Source: a candidate division WOR-1 bacterium RIFOXYB2_FULL_37_13
GTDB lineage: Bacteria; Margulisbacteria; WOR-1; XYC2-FULL-46-14; XYC2-FULL-37-10
Direction: 5' to 3'
Length of the DNA stretch: 64,000 bases
Assembly: GCA_001771535.1 (NCBI GenBank)
Contig: MEUB01000027.1
Location: 20,601 to 84,600 of the forward strand
This document shows, piece after piece, positions 29,220-40,659 of this stretch. A program made the translations under genes and the position numbers. Under the pieces are notes generated by a model that did not search any database, was not told where the DNA came from, and saw only the letters and a program-made list of their open reading frames with translations. The first letter of the stretch is position 1. Every line of letters starts with the position of its first letter.

Positions 29220-30308
29220 TCATGTTTTATTTACCTTTATGCCTTTAGAATATAATTCTATTTGATTATAACAAACTCTCCTCAGGTCTTTTCTTTCTTT
29301 ATAAGCTCTAGTCCACTCAACAATCTTATCAAGTGCTTTTTCCAAATCCCATTTAGGATTCCAATCTAATCTTTTTTTAACCTTAGTACAATCTAATTTT
29401 AAATAATGCGCCTCATGAGGATGCATCCCTTTATCAATTTCATAAGAAGCAGCTTCTCCCCATTTAAAGCATAATTTCTTAACAATCCATAAAACGGATC
29501 TTGAATCTTTCTCATCAGAACCAAAGTTCCAAGCTTGTGAATATTTAGCTCCATTTTCATATAATTTTTCAGCCAAAAGAAGATATCCGAAAAGTGGTTC
29601 CAAAACATGTTGCCATGGTCGTATTGCTTTTGGGTTTCTAATTGTAATTTTTTTATTGCTTAAAATTGCTCTCACAAAATCAGGGATTAGACGATCTTGC
29701 GCCCAATCCCCACCACCGACAACATTCCCCGCCCTAGCAGTCGCAATTCCAACTCCATGAGCAGAATATTCTTTTGGGTTAAAAAATGAATTTCTATAAG
29801 CGGCTGTTACAATTTCAGAGCATGCTTTGCTGCTGGAATAAGGATCATATCCCCCTAAAGGTTCGTCTTCGCAATAGCCTGCAGCTCTTTCTTTGTTTTC
29901 ATAACATTTATCTGTAGTTACATTTATAAAAGCTCGAACAGTTTTACAGATTCTTACGGCTTCCAATAAATTTACTGTTCCCATTACATTTGTAGAATAA
30001 GTATCTACTGGATTTTTATAAGAATCACGAACCAAAGGTTGCGCCGCCATATGAATCACAATATCAGGTTTTGCCTTAAACAAAGCTTTTTGAAGATTTT
30101 CTAAATCCCTTATATCTCCGATAACAGAAGTTACAAGTTCTTCTATCTTGCATAATTTAAATAAACTGGGATTTGTAGGTGGATTTAATGCATAACCTGT
30201 AACTTTTGCTCCAAGCAAGTTAAGCCATAAAGAAAGCCATGCGCCTTTAAAGCCTGTATGGCCCGTTAAGAAGACTCTTTTATCTTTCCAGAAATTTTTA
30301 TTAATCAT
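29220..30308 (-). CDS. ddhB: CDP-glucose 4,6-dehydratase
   Basis: NFWKDKRVFLTGHTGFKGAWLSLWL is the RfbG/DdhB signature; probable start at the internal Met (30308), overlapping the upstream gene by 4 bp. Confidence 0.85.
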   Translation of the reverse strand: MINKNFWKDKRVFLTGHTGFKGAWLSLWLNLLGAKVTGYALNPPTNPSLFKLCKIEELVTSVIGDIRDLENLQKALFKAKPDIVIHMAAQPLVRDSYKNPVDTYSTNVMGTVNLLEAVRICKTVRAFINVTTDKCYENKERAAGYCEDEPLGGYDPYSSSKACSEIVTAAYRNSFFNPKEYSAHGVGIATARAGNVVGGGDWAQDRLIPDFVRAILSNKKITIRNPKAIRPWQHVLEPLFGYLLLAEKLYENGAKYSQAWNFGSDEKDSRSVLWIVKKLCFKWGEAASYEIDKGMHPHEAHYLKLDCTKVKKRLDWNPKWDLEKALDKIVEWTRAYKERKDLRRVCYNQIELYSKGIKVNKT

Positions 30309-31672
30309 TTTTTTTCTTGCTTGCTCGTTATTAATATCTTCCAAAATCCACCTTTATCAGGACCAATTCTCTTAATAATCCCCTTACTCTTGAGCTTCAT
30401 TAAATTCTCCTCGGTTTTACGCAAAGAAATCCCAATGGCATTTGCAATTTTTACGGCAGAAATATTGGACTCTTTATAAATCAGATTGACTATTTTTTTC
30501 TGATTTGGTGTTAATCTTTCACCGACCTTTTCACCGACCTTTTCACCGACCTTTTCACCGACCTTTTCACCGACCTTACTAAAAAATGTTACAGAAAAGA
30601 TTCCCGATTCTTCAAGAAACTCGGGTTCCGGTAGTCCCTGTTTCTTACAACCAGCAATTATCTTAAGCGTTCCGCTCCCCCAACTTTCAATAAAACCAGC
30701 TTTATAAAATATGTCAGCCAACAGTACATTTCTTGGCTTCGATATGTGTTTTTGCTTCAATTTGATGATTGGAAGCTCTTTTGGCATTTTGCCTTCATTC
30801 ATAATAATAAGCTTTTCATCATATATTCTTATTTGCACCGCGGAAGTTCCGGTATAATCCCTATGAACAAGAGAATTTAAGACCGCTTCTCTAAGCGCAT
30901 TATATGGATATTCAAGCTTTTCTCTTCGATGGATGCCTTCATAGGAAATTCGACTTACCAAATACTTTGTCTTTAACATATTCATAACAACTTCAACTTG
31001 ATTAAATAGGTTTCCTTCAACAACATCGCTGGTTAATATTTCGCTATCAGACTTGAATTTCCCTATTTTTACATGGGCTTGCGGATAAAAGGCCTGAACT
31101 TGCCTGCCAAATAAGAGAAGAGCAGCTCTTTTGAAACGTTTATTTTTCAATAAGTTTAATTTATTAAGTATATCTACAGGAGCCTTTTCGTTTTCAATAT
31201 ATGGAAGCCTATCTAATGATAATTTTTTAAAATCTTTAATTGTTTTATCGTCTATATCAGTCATCTTTGCGCCTTCTTCAATAACTTCGTCCCATGTTTG
31301 ACCTGATTTTTTCAAAAGAAAATTTGCTAATTCATTTCCGGAAAGCTCTAGAACAACGCTTCCGCTCCTAATGTAATATTTGCCTTCATAAGAGATAGGA
31401 ACGGACACAGGTTTTATCTTTAATACAATATAATATTTTTTTGATTTTTGTCTAATTAAAATATCAGGTATTATCCCCAATTTATTATTTACTTTATTAG
31501 GAACAATTTCCAATATTTTTTTTGGATCAGGAACTCCAACAATAACACCCTTGTCATCTATTCCAATAAATACCTCTCCTCCATTAGTATTAGCAAAAGC
31601 ACATACTACTCTCAAGATCGAATCATTCCATTCTCTTTTAAATTCTATATTTTGTTTTTCAATGTTTTTCAT
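30305..31672 (-). CDS. AlbA_2 (Schlafen-like) + HATPase_c_4-like + winged-helix protein, paralogue of 14641..15996; contains a (GEKV)5 tandem peptide repeat linker
   Basis: IEFKREWNDSILRVVCAFANTNGGEVFIGI; LREAVLNSLVHRDY; C-terminal wHTH; repeat KVGEKVGEKVGEKVGEKVGER. Confidence 0.65.
   Translation of the reverse strand: MKNIEKQNIEFKREWNDSILRVVCAFANTNGGEVFIGIDDKGVIVGVPDPKKILEIVPNKVNNKLGIIPDILIRQKSKKYYIVLKIKPVSVPISYEGKYYIRSGSVVLELSGNELANFLLKKSGQTWDEVIEEGAKMTDIDDKTIKDFKKLSLDRLPYIENEKAPVDILNKLNLLKNKRFKRAALLLFGRQVQAFYPQAHVKIGKFKSDSEILTSDVVEGNLFNQVEVVMNMLKTKYLVSRISYEGIHRREKLEYPYNALREAVLNSLVHRDYTGTSAVQIRIYDEKLIIMNEGKMPKELPIIKLKQKHISKPRNVLLADIFYKAGFIESWGSGTLKIIAGCKKQGLPEPEFLEESGIFSVTFFSKVGEKVGEKVGEKVGEKVGERLTPNQKKIVNLIYKESNISAVKIANAIGISLRKTEENLMKLKSKGIIKRIGPDKGGFWKILITSKQEKK
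30515..30578. repeat. 12-bp tandem repeat x5 (ttttcaccgacc) inside CDS 30305..31672, encoding a (GEKV)n linker
   Basis: Read directly: tttcaccgaccttttcaccgaccttttcaccgaccttttcaccgaccttttcaccgacctt. Confidence 0.9.
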
Positions 31673-31697
31673 TTATATCAAACACCAATTGGAACCA

Positions 31698-32483
31698 TTA
31701 TTCCCAAACCTTCCACGGCGCATTCCCTTTATTCCACATTTCATTTAGAAGGACAGAGTCGCGATAGGTATCCATACATTGCCAAAAGTCAGAATGGGGA
31801 TACATCATAAGCTCCTCTTTCTTAACCAGGTTTTCCAGCGGTTTTTTTTCAAGAATACAATCATCATCAGTTGAAAGAAAATCAAATAATTCCCTTTTAA
31901 AAACAAAAAAGCCGCCATTTATATGTCCTTCAGAAACCGTCGGCTTTTCATTAAAGCTTAAAACTTTATTGTCTTTTGACGATATTTCACCAAATCTTGA
32001 TGGGGGTCTGACCGCTGTAATCGTAGCTGTTTTCCCATGTTCATGATGAAACTCTAAAAGTTTACTAATATCAACATTCGCTAAGCCATCTCCATAGGTA
32101 AGAAAAAATTCTTTGTCACTCCCAATAAAATCCTTAATTTTCGCAACACGGCTGCCTGTTTGAGAAAGTTGCCCAGTATTTACAAAAGTGATATTCCAAT
32201 CTTCTAAGGTGGAGCTGTTATGATGAATTACTCTTTCCTCTTTTGACCTTAAATTCAAAGTAAAGTCATTCATTAACTCTTCAAATTTTAAAAAATAGTC
32301 TTTTATCATATCCCCTTTATAACCCAAGCACAAAATAAAATTTTTATATCCATAGTGAGAATATGTCTTCATAATGTGCCATAAAATCGGCATTTCTCCA
32401 ATTGGCACTAAAGGTTTTGGCCGATATTCTGTTTCCTCGCGTAAACGAGTTCCCTGTCCGCCGCAAAGAATAACTACTTTCAT
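31698..32483 (-). CDS. ddhA: Glucose-1-phosphate cytidylyltransferase
   Basis: MKVVILCGGQGTRLREETEYRPKPLVPIGEMPILWHIMKTYSHYGYKNFILCLGYKGDMIKDYFL closely matches RfbF. Confidence 0.85.
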   Translation of the reverse strand: MKVVILCGGQGTRLREETEYRPKPLVPIGEMPILWHIMKTYSHYGYKNFILCLGYKGDMIKDYFLKFEELMNDFTLNLRSKEERVIHHNSSTLEDWNITFVNTGQLSQTGSRVAKIKDFIGSDKEFFLTYGDGLANVDISKLLEFHHEHGKTATITAVRPPSRFGEISSKDNKVLSFNEKPTVSEGHINGGFFVFKRELFDFLSTDDDCILEKKPLENLVKKEELMMYPHSDFWQCMDTYRDSVLLNEMWNKGNAPWKVWE

Positions 32484-32505
32484 GTTTTACCTCCGTATTT
32501 ATTCC

Positions 32506-34280
<1,775 letters not shown>

Positions 34281-35333
34281 CTACCCGATAGTTACCTTAT
34301 TTTTTGTCCAATCTATTCCTTTAGAGTCCAAAATTTTAGCTCCATCGCCAATTGGCTTAAGCCCGAGCATTTCCATATCGGCATCAACCATAATTTTTAC
34401 AAGCTCATGGACTTTTACTTTTGGTTCCCAATTAAGAACCTTTTTGGCTTTTGAAATATCGGCACAAAGAAAATCAACTTCAGTCGGCCTAAAATATTTG
34501 GGGTCTATCTCAACATATTCCTTCCAATCTAAATTAACATAAGAAAAAGCCTCTCTTACAAAATCTTCAACAGTAACACTCTCTCCCGTCCCTATGACAT
34601 AATCATCGGGCTTATCCTGCTGAAGCATCAACCATTGGCATACAACATACTCCGGCGCGTATCCCCAATCTCTTTTGGCCTTTAAATTGCCAAGATATAA
34701 TTTCTTCTGTTTTCCGGCAACAATATTCGCGACTGCTCTGGTAATTTTTCTCGAGACAAAGGTTTCTCCGCGGCGAGGGCTTTCGTGATTAAACAAGATT
34801 CCATTACAGGCAAACATATCGTATCCTTCTCTGTAATTAACAACCATCCAATAAGAATAAACCTTAGCAACAGCATAGGGGCTGCGGGGATAAAAAAGAG
34901 TCTTTTCATTTTGAGGGGGCTTTGATGCTCCAAACATTTCAGAACTTGAAGCTTGATAAAATTTTGTTTTAATGCCGCTGCATTTAATTGCCTCAAGCAA
35001 TCTGGTTGTTCCCAAGCCTGTAATATCTCCGGTATATTCAGGGGTATCAAAACTGACTCTTACATGGCTTTGAGCTCCCAAATTATAGATTTCGTCAGGC
35101 TCAATCTCATAAATTAAATTGATTAATTGGCTAGAATCAGAAAGGTCTCCATAATGCAGAAAAAATTTAGCGTTTGAAGAATGGGGATCTACATAAATAT
35201 GATCAATTCTATTAGTATTAAATGTGCTTGCTCTACGAATTAAGCCGTGAACCTCATACCCTTTGGATAAAAGGAATTCAGCTAAATAGCTGCCATCTTG
35301 TCCAGTTATGCCTGTTATTAAAGCTTTTTTCAT
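34281..35333 (-). CDS. gmd: GDP-mannose 4,6-dehydratase
   Basis: [47 protein letters not shown] is the canonical Gmd N-terminus; YGDLSDSS; 350 aa. Confidence 0.9.
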   Translation of the reverse strand: MKKALITGITGQDGSYLAEFLLSKGYEVHGLIRRASTFNTNRIDHIYVDPHSSNAKFFLHYGDLSDSSQLINLIYEIEPDEIYNLGAQSHVRVSFDTPEYTGDITGLGTTRLLEAIKCSGIKTKFYQASSSEMFGASKPPQNEKTLFYPRSPYAVAKVYSYWMVVNYREGYDMFACNGILFNHESPRRGETFVSRKITRAVANIVAGKQKKLYLGNLKAKRDWGYAPEYVVCQWLMLQQDKPDDYVIGTGESVTVEDFVREAFSYVNLDWKEYVEIDPKYFRPTEVDFLCADISKAKKVLNWEPKVKVHELVKIMVDADMEMLGLKPIGDGAKILDSKGIDWTKNKVTIG

Positions 35334-35348
35334 GTTATTCCCCCATCT

Positions 35349-35570
35349 TTACAACTTTTCAACGACTTTTTCATAGGCTTTGCGGACTTTTTGAGGTAAA
35401 TCAGGGCTTAAAAGTAAAAGAATATGCCTTCCCAAAACTCTATACTGACCGCCAATTTTAGCGGCACGAAGAACACCCCTTTTAATTAAACGGCGAAACG
35501 TAGAATCGCTTATTTTTAAAAGTTTCTGGGCTTCCTCGGAAGTATAAATTTCAGATTCATTTAGCTGCAT
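35349..35570 (-). CDS. Small helix-turn-helix DNA-binding protein (excisionase/MerR-like HTH_17 family)
   Basis: 73 aa; SEEAQKLLKISDSTFRRLIKRGVLRAAKIGGQYRV is a typical HTH. Sits immediately upstream of gmd, after a 63-bp intergenic gap. Confidence 0.5.
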   Translation of the reverse strand: MQLNESEIYTSEEAQKLLKISDSTFRRLIKRGVLRAAKIGGQYRVLGRHILLLLSPDLPQKVRKAYEKVVEKL

Positions 35571-35633
35571 AAGACTATATATAAGTATAACAAAATATAA
35601 AACTTATTCAATAGCAGTCAAAAGTTGTCAAAA

Positions 35634-36284
35634 TCAGAGGTTTGCTTTTATTTCAGACCAACTATTTTTTAGATAATCAAAAATAAAAGACAAAACGCTT
35701 CCCAGTATAAGAGATATAAAAAATGCAACCATTAAATTTTTCTTCAAAGGAGTTACTGAAAAAGCTTCGCCAGGACCTGCAGCATCCATTTTTTGAAAAT
35801 TAACGCCTAGAGACCTATTATTTAAAAAATCACCTAATTTATCAACATAAGTGTTAGCAACTTTTACTGCAAAATTAGGTTTATATAAAATAACATTTAT
35901 TTCAAAAACTCCATCAGATTTTCTGGTTGCTCCATCGACATTCCCAGACAAAAAAGCTGCCGCATCTTCTATTGTCTGGTTTTTTTCAAAAAGAACCGGA
36001 AGTAAATTTAATTCATTAATAACACTCTTTGCCAATACCTTGCTTTTAAGTATCGCCTTAATTTTAGATTCACTACCACTACCACCACCAAAAGACAAGC
36101 CTGGAAGTAAGCTTCCTCCGCTGCTGTCTAAAATAAGAATAGTAGCAGAAGCTTGATATTGTTTTGGCGCTTTGGACGCAGTAATATAAGAAAAAGTAAT
36201 GGCTATAAATACAACAACAAAAATAAACCATTTATATTTATTCAATATTTTTATAATATCAATTAAGTTAATTTCATTTTCCAT
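35634..36284 (-). CDS. Short Wzz-like polysaccharide co-polymerase (chain-length determinant) protein
   Basis: 216 aa with N- and C-terminal TM helices; the N-terminal Wzz-like region follows the first helix; adjacent to the Wza-like gene. Confidence 0.5.
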   Translation of the reverse strand: MENEINLIDIIKILNKYKWFIFVVVFIAITFSYITASKAPKQYQASATILILDSSGGSLLPGLSFGGGSGSESKIKAILKSKVLAKSVINELNLLPVLFEKNQTIEDAAAFLSGNVDGATRKSDGVFEINVILYKPNFAVKVANTYVDKLGDFLNNRSLGVNFQKMDAAGPGEAFSVTPLKKNLMVAFFISLILGSVLSFIFDYLKNSWSEIKANL

Positions 36285-36304
36285 ATTAAAGCCCTCAAGT
36301 CTTA

Positions 36305-38365
36305 CTATTTAAAAATCGTAACCAGCACGGCAGAAGTAACGGCTACTTGATATATCCAATTTGTAAATTCTTTAAATGAAAGCAGGAAGTTTTCTTCCTT
36401 AATTTTTTCAGGAACAAATATCACATCTCCAGGCATTAAAGTTTTTGACATAAGGCTGGCATCCTGAGATCTCCCCATTATTGAACCATCAGCTTTTAAA
36501 ACCTGTAGATTATCCCTGTCCGCATATTTTGTAAATCCACCCATTTTTTTTACATAATCCGAAACTTTTGCCTTATCAACATAAACAACATTTCCTTCGC
36601 CATAAGTTGAACCAACTATGCTTATAGTTTCCGGCATCTTTGGAACAAAAAGAGTATCTCCATCTTCTATGGCAATATCGTCTGTCGAATTTTTAAAATT
36701 ATCCAATTGAGTAAGTTTAATAATAACCCTGCCATCAAATTCCTTCTGTAAAATTTGGTTGGAAATTTCTTTCCCTCGTTGAAGTTGTTCCTTTGTTGCC
36801 GATAAATTCTCATCTGACAAAGAAGAAGCTGCCGCACTTTTTTCTTCGCGTAAAAGTAATAAATTAAACTCTTCAAAGAATCTTTTGCTTGCTTTTGACT
36901 GCCTCTCCTTCGCTGAAACTCTTGTAAAAACAGCACCATACAAATAAGCATCAGAAGTAAAACCTTGAGCACGTGCTAAAACAGAACTCAACGTTTCGCC
37001 TGGAACAACATAATAATCGCCAGGAAGAACTACTTCTCCATTAAGAGTTATTTTGGGTATCTCAGTATTTTTTTCTACAACAACAATCCGATCTTCCTCT
37101 TTCAACACAAAATTCTGGCTCTGATCCTGTGAAAACAGTTTTTCAAGGCTAAATGGCATGATTTTAACTTCCAGAGTATTTTTATCAACCCTTATAACCT
37201 CACCTTGTGTCAACTGGGGGGAACCAAGCAATAAACTAGGCTTTAAAATTATATCTTTTAGCCGCATTCCTTCTTTAAATTCGTATTGGCCCGGATATTT
37301 TACTGCTCCTTCCAAATTTACAAAATTAGTAACAACCGCGTAAATAGCTCCAATCGTAACAATATCCATATTTTTAAGCGGAATGCCAAAATGTTTGCTC
37401 TCGGATAAAGAAAGCTTCTTATCTATAAGAATTTTTCGTTTATAGTTGTCAACCCTTTCCAATTGCACTCTTGAAAGATTGGCAGTAGGAATAAAACCTC
37501 CAGCAGTATCAATCGCGGAACCTAAGTCTGTTGCCCCTTTTATTTCATATATTGCCGGCCGGCGAACATCCCCTTTTACAACAACAACATCAGAAAGTAA
37601 AGGAATAAAAATTGTATCCCCGTCTCTTAAAGGAATATCCTGAGTCTTATCGCCCGATAAAAGAAATTTATATAAATCTATTATAGCCACCGTTTTCCCA
37701 TAACGGATAAGCTTGATATTTCTTAAACTTCCGCTTTTTTTAGGCCCGCCCCCCAAAAATAAAGCGTTAAAAGTTGTTGTCAGCGAACTTATAGAATAAG
37801 ACCCTGGAGCATTTATCTCCCCAACCAAATAAATCGTTATATTGCGAAGCCTCTTTACACTGACACTAACATTTACTTTTTCATAATAACTGGAAAGTCT
37901 TTGTTTTATAACCTCTTCCAACTCACCATAACGCACACCCGCAACATTCACAACCCCAACCTTTGGCAAAGTTATATTCCCTTCTTGATCAACAACAGCC
38001 TCAATTACCCCTTCTGTTATTCCCCATAATGTTATACTAAAAGCATCTCCCGGGCCAAGCATATAATCGCCGCCGACAGGCGCATCAGAAAGAAGTGTCC
38101 TTGAAGAAGCAAAAATATCATAGCCAAATTGGTTCAATCCAAAAGATTTTTCTATTGAGGAAAGTTCCATTAATGGCCTACCAGCAGATAAATTAATATT
38201 TTCTTGCGGGTTAGAATAAGAACTGTTGTTTTGCCCTTGCGTACCAATAAGCCCTTTAACTTTATCTATTTCTGCCTGAGTATAAGCAGCAAAAGAGAGG
38301 CTTGCCAAACATATAACGATGATAAAAGAGATGCTAAATAATCGAGTAATTTTCATGTTTTGCAC
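36305..38365 (-). CDS. Outer-membrane polysaccharide export protein (Wza/OPX-like with repeated SLBB-type domains)
   Basis: 686 aa; signal-peptide-like N-terminus; repeated roughly 80 aa beta-rich modules (..PGDY.V.PG.TL.. / ..GDVIFVP..); polysaccharide-export-like region near the N-terminus. Confidence 0.55.
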   Translation of the reverse strand: MQNMKITRLFSISFIIVICLASLSFAAYTQAEIDKVKGLIGTQGQNNSSYSNPQENINLSAGRPLMELSSIEKSFGLNQFGYDIFASSRTLLSDAPVGGDYMLGPGDAFSITLWGITEGVIEAVVDQEGNITLPKVGVVNVAGVRYGELEEVIKQRLSSYYEKVNVSVSVKRLRNITIYLVGEINAPGSYSISSLTTTFNALFLGGGPKKSGSLRNIKLIRYGKTVAIIDLYKFLLSGDKTQDIPLRDGDTIFIPLLSDVVVVKGDVRRPAIYEIKGATDLGSAIDTAGGFIPTANLSRVQLERVDNYKRKILIDKKLSLSESKHFGIPLKNMDIVTIGAIYAVVTNFVNLEGAVKYPGQYEFKEGMRLKDIILKPSLLLGSPQLTQGEVIRVDKNTLEVKIMPFSLEKLFSQDQSQNFVLKEEDRIVVVEKNTEIPKITLNGEVVLPGDYYVVPGETLSSVLARAQGFTSDAYLYGAVFTRVSAKERQSKASKRFFEEFNLLLLREEKSAAASSLSDENLSATKEQLQRGKEISNQILQKEFDGRVIIKLTQLDNFKNSTDDIAIEDGDTLFVPKMPETISIVGSTYGEGNVVYVDKAKVSDYVKKMGGFTKYADRDNLQVLKADGSIMGRSQDASLMSKTLMPGDVIFVPEKIKEENFLLSFKEFTNWIYQVAVTSAVLVTIFK

Positions 38366-38382
38366 TAACTCCTTAAAATAAA

Positions 38383-39435
38383 CTATTCTTTAACAACTAT
38401 TGATCTTACCGCCGATGAAACGCCCGGGCCAAAACTTGCGGCTGATTCGATTTTATCCCAGTTATCTTTAAACCATTTAATAGCCGCTTGCAGTCCATCC
38501 TCAAATTTTGTATTAGGATCATATCCTATAAGTCCTTGTGCTTTATCAATAGAGGCTCTAAGCCTTTTTTTGGTATCCCATTTTCTAACTTCTGAAAATT
38601 TAATCTCAGCTTTATTGCCTACAATCGAATTCACAAGTTTAGCCAAATCTCCTATTTTTGTCTCAACTCCGGAGGCAAGATTAAACTCCTCTCCAATAGC
38701 AGCGTCAACAACTCCGGCACGCAACAAACCATCAACAATATCTCCGACGTAAGTAAAATCTCTTGTTTCTTCACCTGTTCCTGTTATAGGCAAAGGCATC
38801 CCCTTAAGCGCCCAATAAATAAAATTGGGGATAACATTCCTATACTGTCCCGGAATTTCACCCGGGCCATAAGAATTAAAAAAACGGGCTTTAACAACCG
38901 GAACATTGTAGTGATGATGAAAGAAATTACAGTATAATTCCCCTAACATCTTTGTTATTTGATACGGCGTTGTCAGATGCATGGACATAAATTCTTCCTT
39001 TAACGGGAGAGGCGCATTTGAACCATAAATTGAACAACCAGAAGAGGCGTATACAAATCTTTTAATGTTATCTTTTGCAATAGTCGCATATTCTAAAAGT
39101 TTTAAAGTTCCCATTCCATTGACCGCTAAATCTTTTTCAGGATGGTCAACTGAATTTTGATTGGCAAAAAAAGCCGCCAAATGAAAAATATATTCCGGCT
39201 CTTCAAAAAATACTCTTTTTAATTTTATTTCATCAAGGATATCACCTTCAACAAATAAAACATTGGGAAGAGATGGAATATTCCAACGTTCAGCAGAAAC
39301 AAGATTATCCAAAACTATTACCTTTGCAGCTCCCGCTTGAGCCAAAGCTCTTGTTAAATTGCTTCCTATTGCCCCAGCCCCTCCCGTTACTAAAACAGTC
39401 TTATTTTTATATTGGGCTAAATGCTCTAAGCTCAT
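38383..39435 (-). CDS. NAD-dependent nucleotide-sugar epimerase/dehydratase (extended SDR)
   Basis: KTVLVTGGAGAIGSNLTRAL; 350 aa. Confidence 0.75.
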   Translation of the reverse strand: MSLEHLAQYKNKTVLVTGGAGAIGSNLTRALAQAGAAKVIVLDNLVSAERWNIPSLPNVLFVEGDILDEIKLKRVFFEEPEYIFHLAAFFANQNSVDHPEKDLAVNGMGTLKLLEYATIAKDNIKRFVYASSGCSIYGSNAPLPLKEEFMSMHLTTPYQITKMLGELYCNFFHHHYNVPVVKARFFNSYGPGEIPGQYRNVIPNFIYWALKGMPLPITGTGEETRDFTYVGDIVDGLLRAGVVDAAIGEEFNLASGVETKIGDLAKLVNSIVGNKAEIKFSEVRKWDTKKRLRASIDKAQGLIGYDPNTKFEDGLQAAIKWFKDNWDKIESAASFGPGVSSAVRSIVVKE

Positions 39436-40659
39436 TTATGATAAAACCTTAATTCCCTTCATTATATTTTCATACTCATCAACACAACTTTTTCTTGAAA
39501 AGAACTTTTCAGCAGCAATTCGGCCATTTCTTCCCATCTTCTCAAGCAAATTATGATCATTATATAATTTCAAGACCGCCTTAGCAAGTTCTTTTGGACT
39601 ATCAGGCTCTACGCATAATCCACAAATATTTTTTTCAACAATTTTGGGAGCATCTCCGGCCAAAGGAAGGCTTGCAATAACTGGTCTGCCGGCAGCCATA
39701 ATACTCAAAAGCTTTCCTGGAACCACAGGTGTTGCCAAATCTTTCTTTAAAGTCACAAGGCAAATATCAGATGAATGCAAAATGTCGGGATATATTTCTC
39801 TTTTTTGCGTAGGAATAAAAACAAGATTTTTCAGATTTAATCGCTTGGTTTCTTTTTCTAACCAGCTTTTCTTAACCCCGTCTCCAACTAAAACAAACCT
39901 GATATTATTCTTATCTTTTAAAATCTCCGCCGCGTAAATCACAACCTCCAAACCTTGCGCAAATCCCATAACACCTGCAAAAGATACAACAAATTTATCG
40001 GTTAATTTATACTTTTCACTAAATTCATTTTTCTTCTCTCCTGGTCTTATTAAATCTATATCAACCCAATTATGCACAACATAAACAGATTCAGTTTTGG
40101 CTCCATTATTAACAACATAATCTTTATTCCCTTCAGAATGAACCGTAATAAAATCTGATTTTCTATAGACAAATAATTCCATCCATTTGGAAACTTTAAT
40201 TAAGAATTTATTCTTTAATAATCCCAGATCTATTACCGTTTTAGGATAAAGATCCTGAATATTGGAAATAAGTTTTTTCTTTCTTATCAAACCAAGCAAA
40301 TAACCTGATATTCCAAGAGTAAGCGGCGGTGAATAGATCAAAACAGCGTCAAAATCTTTAATTCTTAACCCGCCATAAAAAAAGATAAAAGCCAACAAGA
40401 AGTGTTCAAATCCTCTCACAATTGGAACATTTCTTAAAAGAGGAGGAATGCTTAACCTATAAACCTTAACTCCAGAAATAATCTCTTTTTTTAAAATTTT
40501 TTTACAGTCCACACCATCTGCCACATTATAGCGCGGCATTCGAGTTATAACTGAAACTTCATGTCCTCTTTTAACAAGAGACTCCGCAAGTTCAAAAAAA
40601 AGAGTAGAACAAGATTTTGTTTCTGGGGGGAACGCTTCAGAGAGAATTAGCAAGTGCAT
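39436..40659 (-). CDS. Glycosyltransferase family 4 (WbuB/WcaI-like)
   Basis: MHLLILSEAFPPETKSCSTLFFELAESLVKRGHEVSVITRMPRYN N-terminus typical of the WbuB-like GT4 subfamily; GT-B C-terminus. Confidence 0.7.
   Translation of the reverse strand: MHLLILSEAFPPETKSCSTLFFELAESLVKRGHEVSVITRMPRYNVADGVDCKKILKKEIISGVKVYRLSIPPLLRNVPIVRGFEHFLLAFIFFYGGLRIKDFDAVLIYSPPLTLGISGYLLGLIRKKKLISNIQDLYPKTVIDLGLLKNKFLIKVSKWMELFVYRKSDFITVHSEGNKDYVVNNGAKTESVYVVHNWVDIDLIRPGEKKNEFSEKYKLTDKFVVSFAGVMGFAQGLEVVIYAAEILKDKNNIRFVLVGDGVKKSWLEKETKRLNLKNLVFIPTQKREIYPDILHSSDICLVTLKKDLATPVVPGKLLSIMAAGRPVIASLPLAGDAPKIVEKNICGLCVEPDSPKELAKAVLKLYNDHNLLEKMGRNGRIAAEKFFSRKSCVDEYENIMKGIKVLS

Noticed and set aside
35349-35570. Excisionase-family HTH as evidence of an integrated prophage or ICE
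   Set aside because: No integrase, att-like repeats, or phage/conjugation genes occur anywhere in the window. A stand-alone regulator is more likely.
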